The notes beneath the pieces are model-generated. The model worked only from the letters and a program-made list of their open reading frames with translations, did not search any database and was not told where the DNA came from. From a virus, in the IMG/VR virus record IMGVR_UViG_3300031951_000121, positions 3,357 to 67,356 of that record: a stretch of 64,000 bases of DNA, one strand, 5' to 3'. This document shows positions 1 to 11,059 of this stretch, in pieces (the stretch's first letter is position 1; the number at the start of each line of letters is the position of its first letter). Made by a program: the position numbers and the translations under genes.

Positions 1-67
1 ATAACTTTGTACTCCCTGATTTTCCTGCTATCAGTACAGCGCAACAAACGATCATTTAGCTTCAACC

Positions 68-619
68 TCATCGCCTTAATCTCCGATTTTTTAGAGAGAC
101 TTGAGCAGCGGGGACAACCTCATCAACCTCTACCGAGGCAAAGCATAGACTAAGTAGCTTTTCGTCAAAATCTAGAGAACCGTAAGCACCCGCGATCGCA
201 TCCCTGATTTTGCAGTCTCCCTTGGTATTGGCGGGGAACAAGAACGCCGCATTACAGCCCGAGGGAGCGCGATCGCTACTCATCGATACTGCCAACCAGA
301 TAATAGCCAAGAAATCCTCCTCAGATAATTTATTTTTGCTGTAGCCACTAAGCTCGATGACTTCCCTGATTAGCTTGCGGTGGGGGGTATCAAGGTCTTT
401 GACTTTCAGCCAATGCAACTCAACTAAATCGCAATCCTCCTCGGATTCCCAGTTGTACTCAACCGAAAACCACTTTACTCGCCCCTTAACCCTTTGCCCA
501 AAGCCTTTATAGTTAAGAGCTTTCCGCTCTATCTTGTGCGATCGTCGTTTTAATCCTTCTCTCATGTGCAAAAAGCCCGATAGACGGGCTATACCTTTCT
601 TCTCTGCTAATCCTACCAA
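68..619 (-). CDS. hypothetical protein
   Basis: 183-aa ORF, no recognised motif. Confidence 0.5.
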   Translation of the reverse strand: MVGLAEKKGIARLSGFLHMREGLKRRSHKIERKALNYKGFGQRVKGRVKWFSVEYNWESEEDCDLVELHWLKVKDLDTPHRKLIREVIELSGYSKNKLSEEDFLAIIWLAVSMSSDRAPSGCNAAFLFPANTKGDCKIRDAIAGAYGSLDFDEKLLSLCFASVEVDEVVPAAQVSLKNRRLRR

Positions 620-637
620 AATAGGATTTTTAGCCGA

Positions 638-997
638 TTGTACAAAAGTTTCTGGAGTGCTAGGCTATATCCAGAAATTATGATTGTCCCTATGGAAAAA
701 CCCCGAATAATTCACCTCATACATCCTAGCGATCGCACTCTGACCCGTTGCGGTCGGGCTATCGAAGGCAATAAGAGCCAGTTCATAGCCCAAGTGACGT
801 GTCAAAATTGCCTAGATATTATCAACGGCGATCGCGCTAAACTCTTTCCCACTAAACAACCTACAGGGCGATCGCGTCCTTATGCTGTACGGGTTTATCT
901 ATCTCCCGAAGCATATTCCGCTTGGCAGTCCCTGCCGAACAAGACCAACGCCGTAAACACTTGGCTAGAAAGTCTTGCAGCAGAATCCCTTAATTAA
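638..997 (+). CDS. small Zn-binding / DNA-binding protein
   Basis: H..CG..CxxC followed by a ribbon-helix-helix-like C-terminus (VRVYLSPEAYSAW); the start may be downstream. Confidence 0.45.
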   Translation: MYKSFWSARLYPEIMIVPMEKPRIIHLIHPSDRTLTRCGRAIEGNKSQFIAQVTCQNCLDIINGDRAKLFPTKQPTGRSRPYAVRVYLSPEAYSAWQSLPNKTNAVNTWLESLAAESLN

Positions 998-1011
998 TTT
1001 CTGCATAGGTG

Positions 1012-1043
1012 TTGACACTCCAGAAACCATATGTCATTATAAG
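1012..1043 (+). promoter_or_regulatory. sigma70-type promoter
   Basis: TTGACA-N17-CATTAT(AAG), then a GTAAACAA..CGAGG leader before ATG 1101. Confidence 0.55.
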
Positions 1044-1100
1044 AACATAGCCGAAGTGAAGCGCGGCTACGTAAAAATGTAAACAATAATCGAGGTCAAA

Positions 1101-1451
1101 ATGACTGCTAACAGTCTTCTTTCCCCTAGCTTACCACGAATCAAGCAGGGCTGGCAAGACAAACGTGTAATAGACGTTCCCACTGTAATGGCGATCGCTA
1201 TTCTAGAACGATGGATGAGCGTTCAAATGCCTTTGGATCAAGTTTTCATCTCCAAGCTAGGGAGAAATTATCCCCGTCTCATGGAGGGAATGCGACAATT
1301 CTGGGTAGAATGCGTGTTTCATTTAGAGGGGATGGGATGGGTGTCCGAGTGCATTCCCCTAGAGTTCTGGAGTCAGACTGAAAAAGAAATCCTAGAAGAG
1401 TGCGATCGCGCGATCGCTTCTTTAAAATCTAATAATCCGATTGATTTCTAG
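1101..1451 (+). CDS. hypothetical protein
   Basis: GAGG RBS, promoter upstream. Confidence 0.7.
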   Translation: MTANSLLSPSLPRIKQGWQDKRVIDVPTVMAIAILERWMSVQMPLDQVFISKLGRNYPRLMEGMRQFWVECVFHLEGMGWVSECIPLEFWSQTEKEILEECDRAIASLKSNNPIDF

Positions 1452-1832
1452 AGGTTATCATGAGTCCCCATGAGATAGCTATGTTTTCCGCTTTTTTAGT
1501 ATCCGTAGGGGGATTGACCCCATGCCAAGATTTTCGATTTGACGATGGGTCTATCAGGATTAACCCAGCAGCATTCCCTAAAATGTCTGCAATCAACCCC
1601 GAAATTCTTTCCCTATTAAAGGAGCATTTTTGTGAATAGCATAATGGGATTTTCTGCGCTTCCCGAAAAGGCTCAGAGTTTTCTCGCCAATTGGGTTAAT
1701 TCTAATTGCGATCGCATTCATCCCGACTCTATCATTTTGGTAGAATCAGGGAGTAATTGCCTTCAGTTGCTTACCTGCGATCGCGAGTTGTCTTTAAACG
1801 TTGTTCATTTAGTTGTAGAGGATTAATCAATC

Positions 1833-2759
1833 ATGGAGTATAATTTTGAGTCTAAGAATTTTCCTAGCTTGTTGTTAAGAGAGTTCAGTTCTCTCTGGAC
1901 TTCAATAAAGTTAGAATCCTTGCCCTCAGAAGAGAAAGACGGATTGATCTTATTGCTTACCTTGTTAGGAGTTGACTGGGAGCAATACGATCCCGTCCTC
2001 CTAGTCAAGTCCGAGGGGGGGATACTGACCAGACTATTCGGTCCCGCTATTTTTGCGGGGGAAGAAAACCAGTTAATCCTAAAAATAGGTGAGTGGGAGA
2101 TTCCCTGTAAAGAAGAGAAGGGAAAAATTCTAGTAGGCAATTTAGCAGGGAAAATTCATCTCTTGCCGCTAGAAAATGCCCAAAAGGAAATCTATTATCA
2201 AGTTTCCACCAGCCTGTTTGCGATAGATAGCGATCCCGAAGAGGATGACGATGCTTTCTTGATTCCTATCATTACCAAGAAAGGTATCAGTCAAGAAAAA
2301 CTAAAAACAGCAGTCAATAAAGACAAATCCATCTTTGAATTTTTGCTCCCCGTTCCAGGGAAAGGAGAATCAACCAACTGGGGAGAAACCTTCAAAATGC
2401 AAGAATTAACCCCGGGGGAGTACGAGGTTGCCTCTATCACGGGTCCCCTTGTTTCAGACAAGTTCCCGCGCCCTTCCTATAAATTAAACCTTGCAGACGG
2501 GCGATCTGTATGGGCAAGAGGGAACAGTCTTATCACTCTCGAATCAGGATGGCAGAAGCCCCCCGACAAACCCCTGACACTGCAAATCTCTCTGATCGAA
2601 GAGTACAGCGAGGGCAAGTATAAAGTTGAAAATGCCCTGCGGTTGAGACATCCCGCGATCGCCGCCCAACCTCATCGCGCCCAACTAGAGGCGGCTAAAC
2701 CAGATGTTATTGACGTTGAATACTTGCCTGTAGAGGCTCAAGGCGCGATACCTTTCTAG
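1833..2759 (+). CDS. hypothetical protein, possibly SSB-like
   Basis: 308 aa in the replication operon with an acidic tail ending AIPF. Confidence 0.55.
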   Translation: MEYNFESKNFPSLLLREFSSLWTSIKLESLPSEEKDGLILLLTLLGVDWEQYDPVLLVKSEGGILTRLFGPAIFAGEENQLILKIGEWEIPCKEEKGKILVGNLAGKIHLLPLENAQKEIYYQVSTSLFAIDSDPEEDDDAFLIPIITKKGISQEKLKTAVNKDKSIFEFLLPVPGKGESTNWGETFKMQELTPGEYEVASITGPLVSDKFPRPSYKLNLADGRSVWARGNSLITLESGWQKPPDKPLTLQISLIEEYSEGKYKVENALRLRHPAIAAQPHRAQLEAAKPDVIDVEYLPVEAQGAIPF

Positions 2760-2772
2760 GAGGAATAATCAA

Positions 2773-3018
2773 ATGGACATTTGTTTTGATAAATCCGGGG
2801 AATCCATTGAGTCCTGTCTACATGGAAGTTTCATTTCTTGCCTAGTCAAAATAGGCTTGTTTAGTTACACGATTTTCTACCATATGCAGGACAGGTGTTG
2901 GTATGAGACAAAAACTCATCTTTTAACCACTGAACAATATTGGTATCGGTTAAATTCGGACGACCATGCCAAGGAACGGATTCAATTTCTTTGTTCCGAG
3001 ATGGTTACGAGATTTTAA
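2773..3018 (+). CDS. hypothetical protein
   Basis: GGAGGA RBS. Confidence 0.6.
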   Translation: MDICFDKSGESIESCLHGSFISCLVKIGLFSYTIFYHMQDRCWYETKTHLLTTEQYWYRLNSDDHAKERIQFLCSEMVTRF

Positions 3019-3220
3019 AAACAAAAGCGATCGCAGGGAAGTCACCCCGAGCGATCGCCCATACGTAAAGTTATCAAGCTTAAACTATGAAAACAACTCT
3101 CTTGATTATATCAAGCCTGTCCATAGGCTTCTTTGGGTTCATTAACCCGTCTATCATGATCGGACAGGCGATCGCATTCGTGGTGTCCCTGCCGTTTACC
3201 GATGAGTTCAGGGGGCAAGC

Positions 3221-3451
3221 ATGAGATATCCCTACTCAGACGAAGACAGGATTCTGTTCAGAGCGATCGCGGCGCGTGTCCGTGAGTATCGCCAACAGGA
3301 GGAACTCACCCAAGAGAATATTGCGCGGAAGTTAGGCATTCTGCCTAGTGCCTATTCTCGATTGGAGCAGGGTAAGGGGGCATTGACCACGGCTCAACTG
3401 GTCAAAATCTCCAAATATCTACAGATTCCCATCGCCCGTTTCTTCCCTTAG
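3221..3451 (+). CDS. XRE-family HTH regulator
   Basis: LTQENIARKLGILPSAYSRLEQG HTH_3 signature. Confidence 0.9.
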   Translation: MRYPYSDEDRILFRAIAARVREYRQQEELTQENIARKLGILPSAYSRLEQGKGALTTAQLVKISKYLQIPIARFFP

Positions 3452-3519
3452 CCGAAAATTGCAAAGCCCTAGAATAAGTATTCTAGGGCGTTTTACCTTG
3501 AAAACCTAGGAATCATCCC

Positions 3520-4875
3520 ATGACTATAACATCATTGCCCCCTCAAGCTGTCGATGCCGAATGTGCAATAATCGGTTCTATATTATTTGACCCGAAAGCG
3601 ATTGGAATAATAGCAGATAATCTATCCGCATCAGCGTTTTACAGCAGGGCGAACAACCTAATTTATGGCGTGGTGCTAGAATTGCATCGAAAGAATCAGC
3701 CTACTGATTTAATCACGGTATCTCAAGCGTTACGGGACAGGAAGATACTAGATTCAGTAGGCGGTGAAAGTTATCTGATTCAAGCCGTAGAAAGTACGGT
3801 ATCTGCTGTTAACGTTGATCAGTATGCAAAACTGGTTAATCAGAAATATCTCAGAAGACAATTAATCGATATAGGCTATAAAATCATTGAGATGGGGCAT
3901 GACCCTATCGTAGAGATAGAGGAATCTCTGGATAAGGCATCCTCTATGATTTTCGGATTAAAAACCGATAGAGGAGACAGTCAAATCACCCTCGATGAAG
4001 GGTGGAATCAATTAATTTATGACATCGAACATCCTGAAGAGTCGGTTAAACCCATCCTGACGGGGCTTGATTCCTATGATGAAATGACGGGAGGATTACG
4101 GGCAGGAGAGTTGTTAATAGTAGCTGGTCGTCCGTCGATGGGAAAAAGTTGGTTAGGGAATTTCTTCGCCTTAACTGCGGCACGGACTGGCAATCCCGTG
4201 CTTTTTTTTAGTGCAGAAATGGCAAAGCGATCGCTAGTAGATCGCTTTATTTGCACTCTGTCCAAAGTGGATTTATATCGCATTATTAACCGCGATATGA
4301 CCGATAGGGCATTGCATATGCTATTCGATGCCTACACGGAAAACTATGGCAATTTTCCGATAATTATTGACGATACGAATGGATCTGCTTTGACGATGCA
4401 GTACATTATTACGCAATGCCAAAAACTGTACATGAATCACACCGCAATCGGCGGGATAATTATTGATTACATCCAATTAATCGGAGATGCGAATTCAATG
4501 AACCGCGCCCAAAGCTTAGGCGCGATCGCGCAGGGATTTAAAGAGCTTGCGAAGGATTTTGAATGCCCTGTAGTTGCCTTGGCACAAATCAATAGAGGGG
4601 TAGAGGGTAGGCAGGATAAACGTCCCTCAATGGCAGATATTAAAGATTCTGGGGGAATTGAACAGGCGGCGGATGTAGTCGCTGCTCTGTATCGAGATAA
4701 TTACTATAATCCCGAGTCAGGGAACGATGAATTAGAGATAATAGTCACCAAGAATCGGAACGGTCCCACGGGGACGGCTAAATGCTTCTTTGTCCCCGAA
4801 TCGGGGCTATTCTGCAACACCCGCGCCGATCTTAATCGGCTTGAGGCTGAACTTCTACAAAAATACCCATCCTAA
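3520..4875 (+). CDS. dnaB: replicative DNA helicase DnaB
   Basis: PPQAVDAE N-terminus, GRPSMGKS Walker A, IIIDYIQL, LAQINR, SGGIEQAAD, KNRNGPTG. Confidence 0.97.
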   Translation: MTITSLPPQAVDAECAIIGSILFDPKAIGIIADNLSASAFYSRANNLIYGVVLELHRKNQPTDLITVSQALRDRKILDSVGGESYLIQAVESTVSAVNVDQYAKLVNQKYLRRQLIDIGYKIIEMGHDPIVEIEESLDKASSMIFGLKTDRGDSQITLDEGWNQLIYDIEHPEESVKPILTGLDSYDEMTGGLRAGELLIVAGRPSMGKSWLGNFFALTAARTGNPVLFFSAEMAKRSLVDRFICTLSKVDLYRIINRDMTDRALHMLFDAYTENYGNFPIIIDDTNGSALTMQYIITQCQKLYMNHTAIGGIIIDYIQLIGDANSMNRAQSLGAIAQGFKELAKDFECPVVALAQINRGVEGRQDKRPSMADIKDSGGIEQAADVVAALYRDNYYNPESGNDELEIIVTKNRNGPTGTAKCFFVPESGLFCNTRADLNRLEAELLQKYPS

Positions 4876-4880
4876 AAGCC

Positions 4881-5387
4881 ATGAAAGAAATCGATTTTAA
4901 TAATTTACCTTGCAACGTTGCGATCGCGCCTGACCCTGAAAGTTTACGTGCAGCGTATGACAACGTTAGATGGGAGTGCGCGGCTCAATACAGAAGAGGA
5001 TGCAGATGGTATGGATTAGAAGCCATTCCTACTGCAATCATCAATGAAAAGTTAGGGACTAGCTATCAACAATATGAGTATGTGGAGGCTCTTGTTAAGA
5101 TGCTCTGTTTTTATGTAATAGAAGATTCTTTAGAGTCTTGGGAGGAGAAAAGGCTTAAGAAGAATCAAATAAAGGTATTAGTCCTGATAACGATTGATGA
5201 GCAGCTTTCTACAAAAGAGAAATACTCCCTACTGCATCTGCCTTATGTCCTTGAGGATAGGTTTAAATTTAATTCCCTATCTAACCTTGGGGTTTTGATA
5301 TTTGCAACAGAGCAAGATGTCAAAGAGTCAATCCCTCAAAACCTAGGGCAGTTTAAGGCATTGCATCGAGACTGGGCAATCTGCTAG
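4881..5387 (+). CDS. hypothetical protein
   Basis: Directly follows dnaB. Confidence 0.6.
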   Translation: MKEIDFNNLPCNVAIAPDPESLRAAYDNVRWECAAQYRRGCRWYGLEAIPTAIINEKLGTSYQQYEYVEALVKMLCFYVIEDSLESWEEKRLKKNQIKVLVLITIDEQLSTKEKYSLLHLPYVLEDRFKFNSLSNLGVLIFATEQDVKESIPQNLGQFKALHRDWAIC

Positions 5388-5431
5388 AGTTTAATAGTGG
5401 CAAGTCCCCTCTCGCTTGCCACTATTAAAAG

Positions 5432-5863
5432 ATGGATACCACCCTATCGCAATTACGGTTAATCCTTCTGTCTATCCTCGGGACGGAAGGAATCAATGTA
5501 CTAGGACAATACAAGTTAGGTACAACAGCCGTTATTCCCTCAATCCAAGTACGCAACACTAACTCTCCCTACATCCTAGTGCCGAAATCGGGGATAGAGT
5601 GCATCATTGAGCCTAATCCCGCGATCGCCCAACACAACAATCAAGGCGGGGTACTCATGGACAGACTTTATCTCGTAACACTAGACCAGCATGATCCCAC
5701 GAAAACACTCGTAGAGGCGATAGAAACGATAAATAGCCTATCGATTATCCGCCCTCTGACAAGTCCTGTCATTCGGGGGAGAACCGAGCTAAACGGCGCG
5801 GAATTACCCGCCAGGGCTGTACTCTATATCCCTGCATTCACCTATCAGAGAGGGCTAATGTAG
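5432..5863 (+). CDS. putative tail completion/terminator protein
   Basis: Size, beta-rich pattern, coupled to the tail tip gene. Confidence 0.45.
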   Translation: MDTTLSQLRLILLSILGTEGINVLGQYKLGTTAVIPSIQVRNTNSPYILVPKSGIECIIEPNPAIAQHNNQGGVLMDRLYLVTLDQHDPTKTLVEAIETINSLSIIRPLTSPVIRGRTELNGAELPARAVLYIPAFTYQRGLM

Positions 5864-8127
5864 TGGCTGATGGCGGCGCGTCTATTTATATCTCAATCGG
5901 TTTGGCGATCGCGTCTAATGCGATCGGCTACGCGCTGGCTCAGGCAAATCGCCCTAAAGTTCCTGACCCTAACCCTAAACTGGCTGGCAGTGAGTACGGT
6001 AGACCTCTTCCGATTGTTTATGGCACGGTACGGGTAGAAGGCAATTACATATGGCCTGATGACCCTAAAATTGCTTTTAGGATTAGGAGAAAACGGACAG
6101 GAGGGAAGGGATTATTCGGCGGCGGAGCAACTCAAAAGAAGGTTTACGGAACTTTTCATACTGCTTTCTGCCTAGGAGAATGTACTTTTGAGAAATTAAT
6201 TGTACAGGGAAAAACCGTTCTAGGCGGGGGTGCTTCGGGGGAGTTCGGAGCAAAATATATCGATACTTTTAGCGGCTCTGATAGCCAATCCCCTTGGGCG
6301 ATCGCAGAGGGTAAGCAAGGAGTAGGCAACGTACCAGGCTATCGGGGGATTGTCGGGGTAGGAATATCAGAGCTTCCGCTAGAAAGATACGGGGATACTT
6401 TCCCTACTCAAATCTCGGCAATAGTTACGAATGACAACGGATTTGATGAAGTTGGGGAAGTATTAGAGGATATTTGCGTAAGGGCTGGCTATAGCGTTGA
6501 CTTGCTCGATGTAACAGAGGGAAGCGGTACTTTTATCAGGGGGATAAGCTTGCCTAACTCAGGAGCAGCTTACAGGGAATTAGTAGAGCAAATCCTCCTT
6601 ACTTTTCAGTTTTTAGCCGTTAACTTACCTGATGGGAGAACAGCATTTAGGAGAGCAGAAAGAGAAGGCGCGATCGCTATCCCCGTTTATGATTTTGGCA
6701 TCGTTGACGAATCAAGCGAAGGGATAGCCAGCATCCTCAAAAAAACGATTTTAGATAGTAGAGAGCTACCATCAAAACTGTTTCTAAAGTACATCAATTT
6801 AGACCTAGATTACAATCAGGACACGGTTACAGCTGTCTACAATGGGTCAGAAGCTAACGAGAATGAACAGACTTTTACTACTAACATAGTTCTTGACGCT
6901 CCCACCGCAGCAACTCAAGCCCAACGGCTATTAATGCAGATATGGAATCAGCAAACTCAATATGAATTTACCCTAGATAGAAAATGGGTAGAAACCTTGA
7001 CTACAGGGGATGTAATCGTACTCCCTAACGGCGATCGCGCTCAACTCATTGAGCTATCGATAGGGAAAAATTTTACCTTGGAATGCAAGGCGGTTTATTA
7101 TGATGCCAACGCCTTCGCCTTTTCCGTTGACAGGGATATAGAACCAAGGGAATCGATTAACTGGATTTATCGGGGCGAAAACCCTGCGGAATTGTTTCTA
7201 TTAGATACTCATCTAGTTGGAGATACGGATACGGATAACGGGATCTATGTAGTCACAAACTACGATGAAACCGAGATTTATTTGAGTGAAGACGGGGGCA
7301 GTAATTACGAGATTCTTGGCACAATTCCCTATTACAGCCCATCTGGAACGTGCGACAACACCCTAGGAGGGGGAGTAGTCGGGCATCTAATTGATAGGAA
7401 AAACACTCTTAATGTCACCCTCACTCAAGGCACTTTAGAAAGTGTTGATGACCTAAGTTTTCTCAAGCTCAAAAACCTAGCATTTGTTGGAAAGAAAGTT
7501 AGCGATCGCTGGGTAGGGGAATTTATCGGATTCCAGACACCTACCCTGATAGATGAGTTTGAATATACGCTTTCTACCCTAATTAGGGGAGCTTACGGCA
7601 CGGAATCCTATATCAACTCTCACACTTCAGGAGAGACTTTTATTCTGCTCTCTGGAGAAGAAGCCTACAAACTCAGGGCAGAGGGGGAATTTAGCGATAT
7701 AGGGAACGAATTACTAGCCAAGGGGGTACTGGACGATACAGAAGATTTTGCGGCTCTAACTGCCTACCCTATCACTCCTCAAGGGAACGGATGGCAACCG
7801 TGGACTCCCGCCCTCATCTCGGTAACTCGGGAAGCTAACAACGATTTAACGATAGTTTGGGCGCAACGTCCGAGAAAAAATAACCAATGGCTAGATGGGA
7901 TAGACGCGATCACGGTTGACCCTGACACCTATACCCTAACCATTGAGGCGACTACTCCTAGGACGGTATCGGTATCAGGCACGAGCTACACCTACACCGA
8001 AGCTGACCAGATAACCGACTACGGCGCGATCACCAATAGCTTTACCATGACCTTAACTCAATCTAGTAATTATGTTGGGTCAGGAGAGACGGGGACTTAT
8101 AATGTAGTAGTGAATAGAAGGGTTTAA
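5863..8127 (+). CDS. tail tip / central tail protein (RcGTA g15-like, Phage-tail_3 domain)
   Basis: YGRPLPIVYG, VPGYRG, ELPSKLFLKYINLDLDY, LIRGAYGT motifs. Confidence 0.88.
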   Translation: MADGGASIYISIGLAIASNAIGYALAQANRPKVPDPNPKLAGSEYGRPLPIVYGTVRVEGNYIWPDDPKIAFRIRRKRTGGKGLFGGGATQKKVYGTFHTAFCLGECTFEKLIVQGKTVLGGGASGEFGAKYIDTFSGSDSQSPWAIAEGKQGVGNVPGYRGIVGVGISELPLERYGDTFPTQISAIVTNDNGFDEVGEVLEDICVRAGYSVDLLDVTEGSGTFIRGISLPNSGAAYRELVEQILLTFQFLAVNLPDGRTAFRRAEREGAIAIPVYDFGIVDESSEGIASILKKTILDSRELPSKLFLKYINLDLDYNQDTVTAVYNGSEANENEQTFTTNIVLDAPTAATQAQRLLMQIWNQQTQYEFTLDRKWVETLTTGDVIVLPNGDRAQLIELSIGKNFTLECKAVYYDANAFAFSVDRDIEPRESINWIYRGENPAELFLLDTHLVGDTDTDNGIYVVTNYDETEIYLSEDGGSNYEILGTIPYYSPSGTCDNTLGGGVVGHLIDRKNTLNVTLTQGTLESVDDLSFLKLKNLAFVGKKVSDRWVGEFIGFQTPTLIDEFEYTLSTLIRGAYGTESYINSHTSGETFILLSGEEAYKLRAEGEFSDIGNELLAKGVLDDTEDFAALTAYPITPQGNGWQPWTPALISVTREANNDLTIVWAQRPRKNNQWLDGIDAITVDPDTYTLTIEATTPRTVSVSGTSYTYTEADQITDYGAITNSFTMTLTQSSNYVGSGETGTYNVVVNRRV

Positions 8128-8860
8128 GCTATGTTTTTAGAAGATTCGATGATTTATGAAATAGGCGATGTAAGCGTTATGTTTCTTGGCATTAATGCGC
8201 CTAAAAATGAATATGACACAGACATGATTACCGTTGATTTCCGCAGTATACGCATTAACATATTTTTTAGCTCATTAATATATATTATGCGGAAATATGA
8301 AGCGAGGAGTGTTAAGACATCTATCGGAACAATGCGCAGGTTCAGATGGTCTATATTAGAGGTTGAACTTTATCGCTTTTAGGAGCATTTTTATGCAATT
8401 ACAGGATTTTCTAGATAATCTTATTCCTTTGCTTAGTGACAATGGACAATCTATTTTTAACGCTCATTATGATAACATTAATAGCGTTAAAACTCTTCTC
8501 GGGCTGTGCGATCGCCTTGACAAAAAAGACAAGGATGCCGTACAGGAAGAAATATTTAAGATATTAAACTCATGAGACGCTATGGTACTTTAACGAGGGA
8601 AGATGAGAGATTAGCAAGGTTAGTTAATTATGGTCGAGAATGAACTACAAATAAGGATTACCCTCAATAAAATCAAGGCTCTTAATCAAAAGGTTGACTT
8701 TCTCTCCCGAGAAATGCCTAGGAATGGGGTTGATCGGATACTGATTGAATCAGAGAAACAATTTCTCTTGAGAACAATACTCCTGTACGAGAAAAGATTT
8801 TTTAAACTTACTTCCGCTCAAAAGCATTCAGCCCAAAAACATTGAATCATTACCCCCCCC

Positions 8861-9301
8861 ATGAGCTATTTAGACTCCATGAAATCATTAGTAGAAGAGG
8901 CTAGGGAATGGCTTGGCACACCTTGGCATCACAACCAGAAGGCTAAGCGCAAGGGAGTAGACTGCATCCGATTTGTTGAGTCTCTGGCAGAATCTCAAGG
9001 GATAGAAATTGGCTTTATTCCCGCTCACTACACACGCTCTACTCAGGACGAACGATTGCTAGAGTTTTTGCGCGATCGCTGTTTAGAAAAACCTTGCAAT
9101 CTTGACAACATAAAAGATGGGGATATTATCGTTCTGAGATACCTAGGAGTTCCCCATCATCTAGCGATCGCGTCTACCTTGCCTGATGGACGAAGGGGGA
9201 TTATTCACGCTTCAGAGGATGGAGTAGTAGAGCAGGGATTCGAGGGGAGGTTATTATTGATATGGGTAGGTTTATTCTCTCTAAAGGCAAGAATTTTATG
9301 A
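8861..9301 (+). CDS. NlpC/P60 tail-associated peptidase (GTA g14-like)
   Basis: AREWLGTPWHH..GVDC..GDII..HHLAI..IIHA. Confidence 0.92.
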   Translation: MSYLDSMKSLVEEAREWLGTPWHHNQKAKRKGVDCIRFVESLAESQGIEIGFIPAHYTRSTQDERLLEFLRDRCLEKPCNLDNIKDGDIIVLRYLGVPHHLAIASTLPDGRRGIIHASEDGVVEQGFEGRLLLIWVGLFSLKARIL

Positions 9302-9729
9302 TTATTAATTGGCACGATCCAAGCCAGAAAATTAGCAAGTATTTTACAGTGAGGGAAGTTACAAAGGGCGATCCACGCCGTATCCCAACAAATCCCGTTC
9401 ATATAGCCAACATTCTTAGATTGGCTAAAGAATTAGACAAGATTCGGGAGGAATGGGGAAGCGCGATCGCGGTCACATCGTGGTATCGCCCTACTGCCGT
9501 CAATTCAGCAATAAAAAATGCGGCAAAAAATAGCCAGCATTTAACGGGGTCTGCTGCGGATATTAAGCCCGTTAACGGAGAACTATTAAAGATGCAAAAG
9601 TGGCTTGATACTCGATGGCAAGGAGCTTTAGGGTATGGAGCTAAGAAGGGGTTTGTGCATCTAGACCTTAGAGGAATTGACAACCAATCTAAATCAATCA
9701 AACCCTCTAAAATCCGTTGGAATTACTAA
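9262..9729 (+). CDS. endolysin, peptidase M15 family
   Basis: SKYFT, TSWYR, SQHLTGSAADI, FVHLDLR; start probably ATG 9298. Confidence 0.9.
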   Translation: MGRFILSKGKNFMIINWHDPSQKISKYFTVREVTKGDPRRIPTNPVHIANILRLAKELDKIREEWGSAIAVTSWYRPTAVNSAIKNAAKNSQHLTGSAADIKPVNGELLKMQKWLDTRWQGALGYGAKKGFVHLDLRGIDNQSKSIKPSKIRWNY

Positions 9730-10103
9730 ATGCGATCGCCCTCGCTGCTATCTGCTCCAAGCAGTGTTTCTAGATGTTTTATTTGATCTTTGGTGGCAAG
9801 GGGTTCATCGTTATTATCAAGAAATTCCGTGTAGGGGAATCCAGATATATCTACGTAGTTTAAATCGTCTTTATAGGCTTCCGCGATCGCGTTAAATACT
9901 GCTTCGCACTCTTCGAGAGTACCGCGAAAAAAACCTAATAATTCAGCTTCATCGGGACGGGCATCAACTAGAGGAATACATACAAAATAACAGTCTTTTG
10001 TGCCGCTAGGAGCTATTTCTATAGTTGGAAAATGCTCTAGGTTCATCATGACAGGAAGGCTATGATTCCCTTTGTATCTAACTATCATTAAAAGTTTCCT
10101 CAA
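9726..10103 (-). CDS. hypothetical protein
   Basis: Coupled to the upstream ORF. Confidence 0.6.
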   Translation of the reverse strand: MRKLLMIVRYKGNHSLPVMMNLEHFPTIEIAPSGTKDCYFVCIPLVDARPDEAELLGFFRGTLEECEAVFNAIAEAYKDDLNYVDISGFPYTEFLDNNDEPLATKDQIKHLETLLGADSSEGDRI

Positions 10104-10455
10104 AACTGAAGTTATCTGTACCTATTCTAGTAAAAGGATACGGTGGTATCTTCGATGTTCCGGCCCAAACTATCGCCGCATGATCCGCGTGCCAAGCATA
10201 AATCCCCCTAATTCCATGAGCTAACGGCTTAATAGTCAGTTCGTAGCTATCCACTAAATCTCCACTATCCACTACATCCCTAGGACTTCCCGCAAGTTTT
10301 CCTGTTTTCCCCCGCCCGTACTTCCGCTTAGTCTCTCTAGGATAATCCCTGACCTCTTCAGTCAAAGTATCCTGAATCGTTTCCCCTAGCTCCTCCAAGC
10401 ACGCGATCGCTCTCCTCTCAAAGTCTTTACGCCACTCGCTTAAGTTTGTCCTCAT
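10078..10455 (-). CDS. HK97 gp10-like neck protein
   Basis: RDVVDSGDLVDS and PPYPF motifs. Confidence 0.7.
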   Translation of the reverse strand: MRTNLSEWRKDFERRAIACLEELGETIQDTLTEEVRDYPRETKRKYGRGKTGKLAGSPRDVVDSGDLVDSYELTIKPLAHGIRGIYAWHADHAAIVWAGTSKIPPYPFTRIGTDNFSFEETFNDS

Positions 10456-10530
10456 AGCCTACCCCTAGTAGTTCTGTCCTTATTGTATGCAAGATGGGGC
10501 GATTGATGGAATGCGATCGCGTACCCCTAA

Positions 10531-10608
10531 AAGTTCCGTACAATTACTGATGTACAGTCAAGATAAATGGGAGTATTATAAAAGAGTAAACAAAACGAGG
10601 TAACAACC
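10531..10608 (+). promoter_or_regulatory. conserved operator-promoter-RBS cassette, copy 1
   Basis: TCCGTA-N4-TACTGA, TGTACA-N17-TATTAT, AAAAGAGTAAACAA, CGAGG. Confidence 0.85.
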
Positions 10609-10845
10609 ATGAACGCGATCGCTACTGTAGAAAAAATTAATGCTGCTAAAGCAAAAATGTTAGAGCTTAATCCTGAAGCATACGAGAATATCCGTGCAGA
10701 ATTAATGGCTAAAGCCGCGCAGTTAGGGAAGATTACAAAAGAGCAAAAAGCATTGTTTCTCACTACTATGTACTTACATCTCAGTAAAGATCCAGATACC
10801 GCGATGGGCGCATTAACCGCTCTCGCTGCTATTGGCGACCTATAG
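10609..10845 (+). CDS. small orphan protein under the cassette promoter
   Basis: Cassette RBS upstream, hairpin plus T-run downstream. Confidence 0.8.
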   Translation: MNAIATVEKINAAKAKMLELNPEAYENIRAELMAKAAQLGKITKEQKALFLTTMYLHLSKDPDTAMGALTALAAIGDL

Positions 10846-10985
10846 AAACCCCTAAATTTATTCTTAAGCGCGATTCCCCTAAGAGGCGATCGCGCTTTTC
10901 TTTTGCCCCAAGGATACCCGCGATCGCGCTTAAGCTTCCGCCCAAGTAACTTAGGCAGAGGGATAATAAATTTGTGCTACAGTAG

Positions 10986-11059
10986 AAAAGCCAGTCGCGG
11001 CTGAGTGCTGACTACACTCGAAGCCCACTGGATGTAACTTTAGATTGGATAAAGTCACC
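10986..11059 (+). promoter_or_regulatory. structured 5' leader of antirepressor gene, copy A
   Basis: CCAGT/ACTGG, GGCT/AGCC and GAGTG/CACTC stems; homologous to 52982-53053. Confidence 0.7.
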